UHGV virus genome: UHGV-0338553
DNA length: 33,666 nt
DNA from: a virus
Direction: 5' to 3' (one strand)
The notes beneath the pieces were generated by a model. It searched no databases and was not told the DNA's origin. It was given only the letters and a program-made list of their open reading frames with translations. This document shows positions 23,879-32,976 of the stretch, one piece after another (within the stretch, counting starts at the first letter, position 1; each line of letters begins with the position of its first letter). The position numbers were made by a program, and so were the translations under genes.

Positions 23879-24831
23879 CCGACCAGCTGATGGGCATCGA
23901 CTACTTTTCCCTGTCAACGCTCATGAAGGACGATGACAAGGTGTTCGACCTGAAGTACCGCTACGCCGTGCCGGAGGGCGCTACGGGCGAAGCCTACGAC
24001 AACGACGCGGCCTTCGCAGCCTACGGGCGGTTCGTGGAACTGCTCGCGTCGATCTACCGCGAAGGGTTCTGCCTGCAAATGTCGAAGCAGACGCGTCTGC
24101 GCCTTAGCCAGCAGCTGGGGTTGGCGCTCCCGGCGTTCGACGCGTTCATTGAAACCTGCGTCGAGGTCGGGCTGTTCGATTCGTCGCTGTGGAATGCCGA
24201 ACGCGTGCTTACCTCGCACGGCATACAGACCCGCTACTTCCACGCCGTCAAGCGCCGCAAGGGCAGCTTGCCGACCGATCTGAAGCCTTTCATCCTGCTC
24301 GGCTCTAACGAATGCGAACAGGATGCAGACACGGAAGGCTCTGCAACGTCTGACGATGCGCGCACCGTGCAAACACCATGTGAACATGATGCGAACACGC
24401 TGCATACAGAATCCGACATAGAAAAGAAAAGAATAGAAAAGAATAAAAGAGGAAAGAAGAAAATAACGGCTTCTTCTCTTTCGAATTCGCTTCTTTTCGA
24501 GCCGAAGCAGCAGCCCTATCCGCTCGCATGCCTTTCATGCGCATCGGGCGACGGCCATGCGTACTTGGACGATGAAGACGCGCCGCACCCGACACCGTGG
24601 GATGCGCTCGTCTCGCGATTCGGGCATGTGACCGGCGGCATGAGCATAGAGGGCTTCGCTCGCGATGTTTCAAAGCAATGCCCAGCGGCCTGCCCCGAAA
24701 GCGACGTGCAGGTTTCGAAGTGCTTCAAGCTGCTGTCCGACGCGCTGGTGAAGTACGACCCGGCGAAGTGCGCTTCACCCACTCCGCTTGCGCTCGCGAT
24801 CTTGAAAGACAGGGTGATCGAGGATGACTAG
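23875..24831 (+). CDS. Replisome organiser / replication initiation protein (DUF4373, Lin1244-like N-terminal domain)
   Basis: N-terminus: IDYFSLS…LKYRY…AAYGRFVELLASIYREG…VEVGLFDSSLW…LTSHGIQTRY. A Lys-rich low-complexity linker (DIEKKRIEKNKRGKKK) sits at 24421-24470. Confidence 0.55.
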   Translation: MTDQLMGIDYFSLSTLMKDDDKVFDLKYRYAVPEGATGEAYDNDAAFAAYGRFVELLASIYREGFCLQMSKQTRLRLSQQLGLALPAFDAFIETCVEVGLFDSSLWNAERVLTSHGIQTRYFHAVKRRKGSLPTDLKPFILLGSNECEQDADTEGSATSDDARTVQTPCEHDANTLHTESDIEKKRIEKNKRGKKKITASSLSNSLLFEPKQQPYPLACLSCASGDGHAYLDDEDAPHPTPWDALVSRFGHVTGGMSIEGFARDVSKQCPAACPESDVQVSKCFKLLSDALVKYDPAKCASPTPLALAILKDRVIEDD

Positions 24832-25273
24832 GGCGATCAACTACAAGAAGGCTACGGGCTACGCATGCCCGACGTGCGGCGGGATGCTCGAATACCTGTT
24901 CCGCGAGGACAGGCGCGGGCGCATGCAGCGCTATGAAACGACCACGCGGCACAAGAAGCGCATTGCGCCAGACGATGTTGCGGTTGATAAAGTGCGCAAG
25001 GTTTCGGCCTACGAATCGAAGAAGGTCGGCGTTGAGTACATCCACACGGGGAAGTTCTGCTGCCCGGTCTGCAACTGCGTCATGAGCGAGGGGCAGGCCG
25101 TGGCGAAGACCTTCGCCGAAGACGAGTTTCCGCCCGACTACTACGTTTCGAGCGAACCGGTCTACGTTGACCCCGACCGCATAGCAGCAGACCTGCTTGC
25201 GATGATGCGCGGCGAGTACCGCAGCAGGTCGCCTGATGCGGCTACGACGGTACAAGGGCGGCTCGACCTGTAA
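24824..25273 (+). CDS. Hypothetical zinc-finger protein
   Basis: CPTCGG…CCPVCNC. 149 aa. Overlapping start. Confidence 0.5.
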   Translation: MTRAINYKKATGYACPTCGGMLEYLFREDRRGRMQRYETTTRHKKRIAPDDVAVDKVRKVSAYESKKVGVEYIHTGKFCCPVCNCVMSEGQAVAKTFAEDEFPPDYYVSSEPVYVDPDRIAADLLAMMRGEYRSRSPDAATTVQGRLDL

Positions 25274-25318
25274 TAGCGCCACTTGGCGGCGGCGCAAACG
25301 AATCAGAAAGGCAACGAC

Positions 25319-25567
25319 ATGGCAAACGAAACGACAATCCCGTTACTGTTCCCGGAGGAATTCAACAGCAACGCCGCGTGTCTCCTTCAGGCGGTCGAAG
25401 CAGTTGTTTTCGAAGAATGCTGCAACAACGGCTGCGTGTTCAGACGCGGCGGCGCGTTCCTGGGATTCGACGTTGAGCATCCGACCAGTTGCAGCCACTT
25501 CAAGGTTTCCGCTTGCGCTCCAATCGAATGCACCGCGTTCCAGCCCGATTGCGGCGATGCGGCATGA
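25319..25567 (+). CDS. Hypothetical Cys-rich small protein
   Basis: ATG at 25319 with AAAGG upstream. 82 aa with 8 Cys. Confidence 0.4.
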   Translation: MANETTIPLLFPEEFNSNAACLLQAVEAVVFEECCNNGCVFRRGGAFLGFDVEHPTSCSHFKVSACAPIECTAFQPDCGDAA

Positions 25568-26295
25568 GCGGCGACCGCAGCAAGATAGTCGAGCGAATCC
25601 GCAAGCTTCTCGCACTTGCGGATGACAAGGGCGCGACCGAAGCAGAAGCCGTGGCCGCAGTGATGATGGCACAGCGCCTGATGGCCGAAAACGACGTTGC
25701 AGATTGGGAACTGCACTCGATGGACGAACAGCCGATAGCTACCGCAGAAAGCGAGCCTGTGCGCAGGCGGTGGCGCTGGACGCTTGCCGATGCAATATCT
25801 TCGAACTTCCGTTGCCGATACTACCAGAATAGAAAACGCTGCGCACCGACCGGATGGAAGACCGAGTATCGCATGATCTTCTACGGATACGAATCGGACG
25901 CGAAGGCCGCAGCGCTCGCTTTCGACTACCTGTACAAGATCGGCGACAGGCTGGGATGCAGGCAAGCTGGCAAGGCGTACAGGGAGCATGGCTATTCTGA
26001 CGGAGCCTACAACGGGTTCGTCCTGGGCTTCGTCGCCGGAGTGCGCTCGGAACTTGAAAAGCAGTCGCAAGCGCTCCTGATCGTCGTGCCGCCGAAGGTC
26101 AACGAAAGCTACGAAGCGTTTTCCGTTGACTTCGGAAAGGCGAAAACCGACGTGTCGGTTGCCCGCACGTCTTTTTCCCTCGGCGCATACGAAAGCGGCC
26201 TGAAGGAAGGACGCGATGCGGTGCGTTCGCGCCGCATGGACGCGCCGGACGAAGACGGCGACGGCATGCGCGCCGTCGCGCTTCTCACCGAATGA
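25564..26295 (+). CDS. DUF2786-family phage protein
   Basis: ATGA overlap. N-terminus IVERIRKLLALADDKGATEAEAVAAVMMAQRLMAE fits DUF2786. The track ORF from 25489 is rejected. Confidence 0.5.
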   Translation: MSGDRSKIVERIRKLLALADDKGATEAEAVAAVMMAQRLMAENDVADWELHSMDEQPIATAESEPVRRRWRWTLADAISSNFRCRYYQNRKRCAPTGWKTEYRMIFYGYESDAKAAALAFDYLYKIGDRLGCRQAGKAYREHGYSDGAYNGFVLGFVAGVRSELEKQSQALLIVVPPKVNESYEAFSVDFGKAKTDVSVARTSFSLGAYESGLKEGRDAVRSRRMDAPDEDGDGMRAVALLTE

Positions 26296-26307
26296 GGGGC
26301 GGACAAG

Positions 26308-26586
26308 ATGGGTAAATACGAATTGCCACCGGATTACAAATGCCCGTACTGCGGAACCGGTCACGATGCCGACTACGACGTGTGGGAAGGCGTTGACTTC
26401 GAGGGAGAAAACGATATCGAGTGCAAGCATTGCGGCAAGACGTTCTACGTCTACCGGTCATGGATTGCCTGCTACGACGTTTACCAAGCACCGGCGGTCT
26501 GCGGCCATTGTCCCAACAGCACATACAACTTGTTAAGCGGAGATTGGTCATGCGCGACCAACGGATGCGAGAAGGTGAGTTTATGA
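26308..26586 (+). CDS. Hypothetical zinc-ribbon protein
   Basis: GAGGGG RBS. CPYCGTG…CKHCGK…CGHCPN. Confidence 0.5.
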   Translation: MGKYELPPDYKCPYCGTGHDADYDVWEGVDFEGENDIECKHCGKTFYVYRSWIACYDVYQAPAVCGHCPNSTYNLLSGDWSCATNGCEKVSL

Positions 26587-26942
26587 ACATCGACGAAAAG
26601 AGCGCGGCGCTGCACGATGCGGCGCGTCTGTGCGGGTTCGACGGCCATGTGAAGGTCATCACCTACAAGAACGAATGCTTCACGCACGCAGAGCAGATAG
26701 CGGAAACGCATATGGCAAGGCCGTTCCCTGTGAAGAATTCCTACCTGTACTGCGGCACGCTCGACACCTGCTTCTACTACGACAAGGAGAACAACGCCTG
26801 CTGCTCGTTCTCCGGCCTTGTCCGGTACGGCAGCGGCGACTACGAGCGCATGGGGACAACCGCTTCCCTCGTTCAAGCGATGCTTTTCGCGATGGACGTG
26901 ACCGCGAAATGCCAGAAAAGCGAGAAAGGGGACAGATCGTGA
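26583..26942 (+). CDS. Hypothetical protein
   Basis: ATGA overlap. GAAGGTGAG upstream. 119 aa. Confidence 0.5.
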   Translation: MNIDEKSAALHDAARLCGFDGHVKVITYKNECFTHAEQIAETHMARPFPVKNSYLYCGTLDTCFYYDKENNACCSFSGLVRYGSGDYERMGTTASLVQAMLFAMDVTAKCQKSEKGDRS

Positions 26943-27121
26943 CTACAACTAACTGGGAAAAGTACTTTGGGACACCGGCGAAGGCAAGCAGGACAACCGT
27001 GCAGTGGTACGGAAACAGAATATCGGTCGAGCATAGAGGGCATGAAGTCGTAGATCTACCGAAGCGCCGTTATAAGGCATGGCTGGAAAGCAAAAGCAAC
27101 GTCGATTGGGGTATGCGATGA
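26939..27121 (+). CDS. Hypothetical small protein (60 aa)
   Basis: GTGA overlap. AAGGGGA 6 nt upstream. Confidence 0.3.
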   Translation: MTTTNWEKYFGTPAKASRTTVQWYGNRISVEHRGHEVVDLPKRRYKAWLESKSNVDWGMR

Positions 27122-27750
27122 ATGCACCTGATGTAAAGAAAATCGTAGAAGAATGGCTTGAAGGAGAAGGGTACGAAGGGCTTTACAACGAAGCCGGTTG
27201 TGGTTGCCAGCTAAGCGAACTTGCGCTTTGTGGCGAAATGACCCAGAACTGCGAAGCGGCCTACCTGTTCGATTGCTCACGCTGCGCAAAGCGCCCGTCA
27301 TGCGATATCGCAGACGAAGAACAGCCGTATCTCATGTCAACCGACAAGGACTTCTGCGAGCCTGATTACACGGTCGCTGCACCTGCCGCCGCCTTCGCTG
27401 CGGATGGCGCGGCGCTGCCCGCCTGCGCTCCCCTGACGGTCGGTGAAGCGGTCTTCGGCGTTGACTGCGCGAACGCTCCCGACTGGTACGCGCAGGGCGG
27501 CATCGGAGAAGCGCCGGAAGATGCGCTGAAGATCGAACCGGGCGAAGTGATCATGCCGATTGCCGACATGGCGGAAGTGATAGCGAAGGCCATCGCCGAT
27601 ACCGCGCCGAAGCCCAAGCCCGCAGCGCTCGCTATGCCGCTTCCTGCAAAAGAGGTGTGCCAAAACACTGCCAAAACAGAACCGGCGAGCCGAGTGCTTA
27701 AAGAGGACAGAACCGCAGAGTACATCAGGTTTTTGGAGTACGGCGCGTAA
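27079..27750 (+). CDS. Hypothetical Cys/Ala/Pro-rich protein
   Basis: 223 aa. An alternative ATG at 27118 is coupled to the upstream stop. Confidence 0.45.
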   Translation: MAGKQKQRRLGYAMNAPDVKKIVEEWLEGEGYEGLYNEAGCGCQLSELALCGEMTQNCEAAYLFDCSRCAKRPSCDIADEEQPYLMSTDKDFCEPDYTVAAPAAAFAADGAALPACAPLTVGEAVFGVDCANAPDWYAQGGIGEAPEDALKIEPGEVIMPIADMAEVIAKAIADTAPKPKPAALAMPLPAKEVCQNTAKTEPASRVLKEDRTAEYIRFLEYGA

Positions 27751-27826
27751 GCGCGCAGCAAAGAACAAGTAATTCTTTATTTCGAGTAAGAGAAGCCATG
27801 CCCAACGAACATGGAAAGGAACGAAA

Positions 27827-28045
27827 TTGACAGTCAGATGCGACGTTTGCGGCGCTCCTGCTTTGAGAAGCGATTCGTATAGAAGAGATTGGTACAAGGT
27901 CAAGAAAGACAACTGGAAAGGGACTTTTAACGTCTGCCCTCAATGCGCAGAAGCGTGCGGGCTTGCCAAGGCGTATTCGACGGTTAGGACGACAAACGAA
28001 GCGGCATGGAAAGAAATTGCCGCGCAAGCGAAAGATGGTGAATAG
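27827..28045 (+). CDS. Hypothetical zinc-ribbon protein
   Basis: TTG start with AAAGGA upstream. CDVCG…CPQC. It is preceded by the only AT-rich gap in the early operon (27751-27826). Confidence 0.4.
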   Translation: MTVRCDVCGAPALRSDSYRRDWYKVKKDNWKGTFNVCPQCAEACGLAKAYSTVRTTNEAAWKEIAAQAKDGE

Positions 28046-28047
28046 CA

Positions 28048-28347
28048 ATGGGATACCTGAAAGAGCGCCACGGGATGACGATGCTTCCCGGAATTCCGAA
28101 GGAAGGGCAATGCCCCGAATGCGGCGTGTTCCACACGCCAGATCAGCCGCACAACCGCGACGCGCTGCGATATCAGTACGCGTTCTATGACGCGTATGGA
28201 CGCTGGCCGTCGTGGGCTGATGCCATGTCGCATTGCGCTGATGACGTTAAAGCGTGTTGGACGCGAGAACTTGAAGCGCGTGGCATCGACGTTGGCAAAG
28301 CAGCTGAATTAGAGAGCATGAACATATCAGTGAAGTTCGGAGGATGA
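28048..28347 (+). CDS. Hypothetical protein
   Basis: 99 aa. Coupled start. Confidence 0.5.
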   Translation: MGYLKERHGMTMLPGIPKEGQCPECGVFHTPDQPHNRDALRYQYAFYDAYGRWPSWADAMSHCADDVKACWTRELEARGIDVGKAAELESMNISVKFGG

Positions 28348-28619
28348 CGATGCTCCATTACGGAATCACGCAGATCGACGGCAAACCGCGCGCCGTTGTC
28401 TGCTTCGGCTTCGCAGAGGTGCGAAAGCTTATCGACAAAGGTCACCCGATCAAATTCAGGGCGTTCCACAACTCCGAATCCGCGAAGGAGTACGTCATGG
28501 AAACGTTGCGGCGTGCGGAGAACGAGCGCGAGCGGAAAAGGCTTGACGAACACCGGCAAGCGGTGTTGAGGGAACGGGAACTTGAAGAACAATCTAAGCG
28601 AAAGGGATTGAGGAAATGA
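28344..28619 (+). CDS. Hypothetical protein (weak resemblance to RNase H N-terminal / viroplasmin-type domain)
   Basis: ATGA overlap. 91 aa, basic coiled-coil C-terminus. Confidence 0.45.
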   Translation: MTMLHYGITQIDGKPRAVVCFGFAEVRKLIDKGHPIKFRAFHNSESAKEYVMETLRRAENERERKRLDEHRQAVLRERELEEQSKRKGLRK

Positions 28620-28825
28620 ACGACACCAAAGCAGAAGCGCCCGAAACGAAAGCCGCCGGATGCGGACTTGTCCTACTTTTCATCGGCGCTTTCGTGGGTG
28701 CGATAGCCCTCGGTTTCGCCTTCGGTGCGCATATAGGCTTGGCAGCATACGCGCTTTTCTGCATCGTGTGCGGCCTGCTGCTGATCGTCGCCGCCGAACG
28801 CAATGCGAAGAAAAATGCCGATTAG
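28616..28825 (+). CDS. Small membrane protein (two TM helices)
   Basis: ATGA overlap. GLVLLFIGAFVGAIALGFAFGAHIGLAAYALFCIVCGLLLIVAA. Confidence 0.5.
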   Translation: MNDTKAEAPETKAAGCGLVLLFIGAFVGAIALGFAFGAHIGLAAYALFCIVCGLLLIVAAERNAKKNAD

Positions 28826-28961
28826 CTGGATGGAATGCGAGCGCTGCCACGGGTTCTTTCCCATCAGGCGGCGGCGCGGCCACATGAGAAAGCGCGGGCA
28901 CGTGAAGACGATGTGGTGTCCGTGGTGCAAGAAGGTCACGCAGCATTTCGAACGATTCTGA
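28815..28961 (+). CDS. Possible 48-aa zinc-ribbon protein
   Basis: CERCHG…CPWCKK. Weak RBS. Not in the ORF track because it is under 60 aa. Confidence 0.3.
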   Translation: MPISWMECERCHGFFPIRRRRGHMRKRGHVKTMWCPWCKKVTQHFERF

Positions 28962-28974
28962 AAGGATTGGGAAC

Positions 28975-29169
28975 ATGGCAAAGCAACACCTGACGATAAC
29001 GCTCAATTTGGAGCCTTCTCGCCAATTCGACATGATTGCGCGCTGTCTCGGCTACGTGCGAACCGGCGACCCTTCAGCCGATGACCTGGCGAACCTGAAC
29101 AGGCAGATTGAAGCGCTTGGCATCAATTTCGATGAAAGGAGCGACGAAGATGAAGGCCGTGATCAGTAA
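28975..29169 (+). CDS. Hypothetical protein
   Basis: AAAGGA RBS. 64 aa, acidic. Confidence 0.45.
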   Translation: MAKQHLTITLNLEPSRQFDMIARCLGYVRTGDPSADDLANLNRQIEALGINFDERSDEDEGRDQ

Positions 29170-29767
29170 CCCGATGGCCGTAAAGGCCGCGGCGAACGTG
29201 GCAAACGGCGGATACTACCTGTCGTTCTTCCAGATTCGGCGCGTTGGCGATGTTGCGGAGGTGAGCGGCACGAACGGGTACGTGGTCGTGATCGCCACCG
29301 TGCCAGCGAAGTTCACGCGCTGGGGCGACGGTAAAAGCATCATCCTCGGCGGAATCGAGACACGTTCGATGATGCGCGGGATAGGCAACGCCATCAAGCA
29401 CGCGCAGCAGGTCAGCTTCGAGCGGTCGGCGCAGAACGTGAGCGTTTCGACGGTCAGCGACGGCGCAACGTTCAGCACCAGCTTCGATATCGACCCGTTG
29501 CAGTTCCCGTACAGCGTTGAGGGGTTCAAGGATGGGTACTCGTGGGACGATTGCTTGGAGCGCATCAGCGGAACCGGCGAGCCTTCCGCAGACACCGCAA
29601 TAGACCCTTACATGATCGCGACTGCCTGCAACGCGATCAAGGCTCTTGCCGTGCAAAGGGGATACCGCCTGTCGCTCCACGGCGAGTACGGTGCCATTGA
29701 GTTCAAGATGGACAACGACGATTGCATCGTCCAGGCCGTCGTGATGCCGATCAAGGACGTGGCCTGA
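29150..29767 (+). CDS. Hypothetical protein (205 aa)
   Basis: ATG at 29150 with AAAGGAG upstream. The track ORF begins at a TTG at 29108. Confidence 0.5.
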   Translation: MKAVISNPMAVKAAANVANGGYYLSFFQIRRVGDVAEVSGTNGYVVVIATVPAKFTRWGDGKSIILGGIETRSMMRGIGNAIKHAQQVSFERSAQNVSVSTVSDGATFSTSFDIDPLQFPYSVEGFKDGYSWDDCLERISGTGEPSADTAIDPYMIATACNAIKALAVQRGYRLSLHGEYGAIEFKMDNDDCIVQAVVMPIKDVA

Positions 29768-29994
29768 TGCCCGATATGGTCAACCATCCGTCGCACTACA
29801 CGGCGGGCGGCGTGGAGTGCATCGAAGCAATCAGGGCGGCTACCGGCTCGCAGTTCACCGGGTATCTATGGGGCAATGCGATGAAGTACCTGTGGCGCTT
29901 TCCGCACAAGGGAAGCGCCGTACAAGACCTCATGAAGTGCAAGTGGTACATAGACAGGCTGATCGATGAAGTAGGCGGCGAAGATGAACGATGA
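29767..29994 (+). CDS. DUF3310-family phage protein
   Basis: SHYTAGGVECIEAI…NAMKYLWRFPHKGS…KCKWYIDRLI fits DUF3310. Start coupled to the upstream TGA. Confidence 0.55.
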   Translation: MPDMVNHPSHYTAGGVECIEAIRAATGSQFTGYLWGNAMKYLWRFPHKGSAVQDLMKCKWYIDRLIDEVGGEDER

Positions 29995-30274
29995 CATAGA
30001 GGGACACAAGGAGGGAATCGCGCGCGCCGTCGTCGCAATCAGCGAAGCAACCATGTATTCCACCGCCGAGATCGTGGAAATGGCTGCGGGCCTTGCGCGC
30101 GTCGGCATGGCCTTAGGTCAATGCTTCGATGAAATACGCCGCTGCCTGACCGCCGAAGAAGGCTCTGCATACTGGCGCAGGGCGGCGAAGGCCGCTGCGC
30201 GCTCGCGCGCTAACTCGTCTAACCGAAAGCGCAGACGGCACGGACGCGCGCAACGGACGAGAGCGCGCCGCTGA
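29984..30274 (+). CDS. Hypothetical protein with Arg-rich C-terminus
   Basis: ATGA overlap. 96 aa. Confidence 0.4.
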   Translation: MNDDIEGHKEGIARAVVAISEATMYSTAEIVEMAAGLARVGMALGQCFDEIRRCLTAEEGSAYWRRAAKAAARSRANSSNRKRRRHGRAQRTRARR

Positions 30275-30582
30275 TGGCTCAACCATGGGCGAAATGGTTC
30301 TACGAATCGCCTGCTTGGAAGCACGCTCGCAAGGCCTATGCGGACACGCAGCACGGGCTTTGCGAGCGCTGCAAGGCCAAGGGTCTGATAGTGAAGGGCG
30401 ACATAGTGCATCACAAGGTGTACCTGACACAGGACAATATCACTGACACGGCCATTACACTTAGCTTTGACAACTTCGAACTGCTTTGCTTCGACTGTCA
30501 CAACAAAGAACACAACGCGAATGCGAGCATTCGCGCGGGCTTCGGTTTCGATGCGGACGGGAACGTAAGACCGATTGGCTGA
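30274..30582 (+). CDS. HNH endonuclease (terminase-associated)
   Basis: ATGA overlap. CERC…HH…CFDCHNKEH. It lies immediately upstream of the terminase genes, as in HNH-dependent cos packaging systems. Confidence 0.75.
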   Translation: MAQPWAKWFYESPAWKHARKAYADTQHGLCERCKAKGLIVKGDIVHHKVYLTQDNITDTAITLSFDNFELLCFDCHNKEHNANASIRAGFGFDADGNVRPIG

Positions 30583-30821
30583 CCTGCTTCGATAGGTCGG
30601 ACACCGGCGGCAATCCCCCCTATTCGGAAGCGTCGGCGCAGAAAAATACTCACCGTCGCCTGAAGAAGAAGAAAGATAGATTCGGTTTTTTGGAAAAGGG
30701 GGTGGTCTTGCGTGAACGAAGGGAACATTGGTATAGTTGTGAACTTTTGCGCCGCAGTTGCCGGTCGCGCCGATCACGCCGCCGCAGAAGCGCCGAAAAA
30801 AACGTTTGGTGATGTGGTCGA

Positions 30822-31223
30822 ATGAGGAAGAACCAGACGAAAGAAGAAGAAAGGGCGGCGCGCCGCCGCGAAGCCGCAGCCAAAGGCGTTCACACGCGCC
30901 GCACCAACGCGATGAACAAGAAGATGAACGCCATACTCGAAACGATGCCCGAAGACCAGCGCTTCATCGCAAAGGAGTTGGCGGACAACTTCGTGTTCCT
31001 CTCGGTGCGCATCACGGAGTTGCGCGAAGCGCTGCTGAAGCAGCCGTCCGTCATCAGCTACGACAACGGCGGCGGGCAGACCGGCTTCCGCGAGAACCCC
31101 AACATATCGGTGTACAACAAGCTGGTGACGCGCCATGCCGATCTGTGCATGAAGCTGGCGAAGCTGCTGCCAGAAGCAGCCGACGATGCGAAGGACGAAC
31201 TGGAAGCCTTCATAGGGTTGTAG
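30822..31223 (+). CDS. Terminase small subunit (P27-like)
   Basis: 133 aa. Basic N-terminus. …ELADNFVFLSVRITELREAL…GFRENPNISVYNKL…. Directly upstream of the large terminase. Confidence 0.6.
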   Translation: MRKNQTKEEERAARRREAAAKGVHTRRTNAMNKKMNAILETMPEDQRFIAKELADNFVFLSVRITELREALLKQPSVISYDNGGGQTGFRENPNISVYNKLVTRHADLCMKLAKLLPEAADDAKDELEAFIGL

Positions 31224-31224
31224 C

Positions 31225-32910
31225 ATGAAGTTCGAACGCGATTTTCTGCGGTACTTCGAGCAGGTTGAAGCTGGCGATATCGTAGTTTGCGACAAGGTTG
31301 CGAAGGCCGTCATGCGCGCCTTGGCCGAGATACGCAACCCCGGACAATGGCACTACTCCGAAGCCATGGCGGCGAAGCACATCGACTTCATGCAGAAGTT
31401 CTGCTATACGGCGGTCGGCAGCGCGCCGAAGCCGATAGCGTTCGAGCCGTTCCAGCTTTCGATCATCGCCCACGCATACGGCATGGTCGATGACCGGAAC
31501 CTGCGCAAGGTGTTCGAAGAACTGTGGATGATGGGTCGAAAGAACGGCAAAACGACGGTCGGCGCTGCCCTCGAAGTCGATGCCGAGTACAACGACGGCG
31601 AGTACGCCCCGCACATCTACAACGCCGCAACGTCGAAAGACCAGGCGATGGAAAGCTTCGAGCCGTGTTACAACATGATCAAGCTGAACCCGCTGCTGTG
31701 GAAGAAGACGAACAAGCCCAAGACGAAAGACGTAGGCAAGATCGAGTTCCCCTTCAACTTGGGGCGAATCGAGCGGCTTTCCGGCAGGCCAAACAGCATG
31801 GACGGCTTCAACGTCCATTTCGCCCTTATTGACGAGTTGGCGGCGCACAAGACGCGCGACATATACGACCTGCTGAAGCAGGGCATCCAGTCGCGCGACC
31901 AGCCGCTTGTATGGTGCATCACGACGAACGGGTTCGTGCGCCAGGGCATATTCGACTCGCAATACGAATACGCGGAGAAATGGCTTGACGGCCTGATCGA
32001 GGATGACAGCTTCTTCGCTTGGCTCTACGAACTAGACAGCAAGGACGAGTGGGAAGACCCGAAATGCTGGATAAAGTCGAACCCAGGCCTTGGAACCGTC
32101 AAGAAGGAGCGCTTCCTGCGCCAGAGCGTCGAGAAGGCGAAGAACGACCCGTCCTACCTTCCAACCGTGATGGTGAAGGACTTCAACCTGAAGGAGAACA
32201 GTTCGACCGCTTGGCTGTCTTGGGAGCAGATCGTGAACCCCTCCCGCTTCGAGTTCTCGAAGATGGGCTTCCGCTACGGCATCGCAGGATTCGACGCGGC
32301 TGAAACGACCGACCTCGCCGCCGCGTGCGTGCTGTGCATGAAGCCGGGCGATGACCGCATATACAAGAAAAGCATGTACTGGCTCCCGCAGACCGTGATA
32401 GACGAGTTCGCGGAGAGCGGCAACCGGAAGGAGCGCGACGGCGTTCCGTACACGCAATGGCAGAAGCGCGGGCTTCTCCGGGCGTATCCGGGCAACCGCG
32501 TCGAAAAGGGCGTGTTCCTCGAATGGCTCACGGAGTTGCGCGAGGAAGAAGACCTGTACACGTTCGCCATCGGGTACGACCCGTGGCATGTTGACGATAC
32601 GTCGAAGCGGAACATGGAACTGTTCGTCGGGAAGGACTACTGCATCCCTATTCGCCAAGGCGCGAAAACCATGTCAGACCCCATGTACTCGTTCAAGGGC
32701 GACCTGACGGCGAACCGAATCGTGAACAACGACCACCCCATAGACACGTGGTGCCGCCTGAACGCCGCCGTGCGCATCGACAACAACCGCAACCTTACGC
32801 TTGACAAGAAGAACAACGACAAGCGCAACCGAATCGACGGCCTTGCAGCCGAACTTGACGCGTACATCGTGCTGCTGAACCGATGGGACGAGTACCAGAA
32901 CATCATCTGA
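31225..32910 (+). CDS. Terminase large subunit
   Basis: 561 aa. Walker A MMGRKNGKTT. Terminase_1-type ATPase and nuclease layout. Confidence 0.9.
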   Translation: MKFERDFLRYFEQVEAGDIVVCDKVAKAVMRALAEIRNPGQWHYSEAMAAKHIDFMQKFCYTAVGSAPKPIAFEPFQLSIIAHAYGMVDDRNLRKVFEELWMMGRKNGKTTVGAALEVDAEYNDGEYAPHIYNAATSKDQAMESFEPCYNMIKLNPLLWKKTNKPKTKDVGKIEFPFNLGRIERLSGRPNSMDGFNVHFALIDELAAHKTRDIYDLLKQGIQSRDQPLVWCITTNGFVRQGIFDSQYEYAEKWLDGLIEDDSFFAWLYELDSKDEWEDPKCWIKSNPGLGTVKKERFLRQSVEKAKNDPSYLPTVMVKDFNLKENSSTAWLSWEQIVNPSRFEFSKMGFRYGIAGFDAAETTDLAAACVLCMKPGDDRIYKKSMYWLPQTVIDEFAESGNRKERDGVPYTQWQKRGLLRAYPGNRVEKGVFLEWLTELREEEDLYTFAIGYDPWHVDDTSKRNMELFVGKDYCIPIRQGAKTMSDPMYSFKGDLTANRIVNNDHPIDTWCRLNAAVRIDNNRNLTLDKKNNDKRNRIDGLAAELDAYIVLLNRWDEYQNII

Positions 32911-32941
32911 CCTGCTGAAACGTAAGCGCCCAATCGCCGAC

Positions 32942-32969
32942 CGAAAACCCCTGACACGGTTTCTATCCT
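32942..32969 (+). repeat. 28-nt intergenic motif, copy 2 (upstream of portal start)
   Basis: See copy 1. It ends 8 nt before the portal ATG at 32977. Confidence 0.7.
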
Positions 32970-32976
32970 ATGAACC

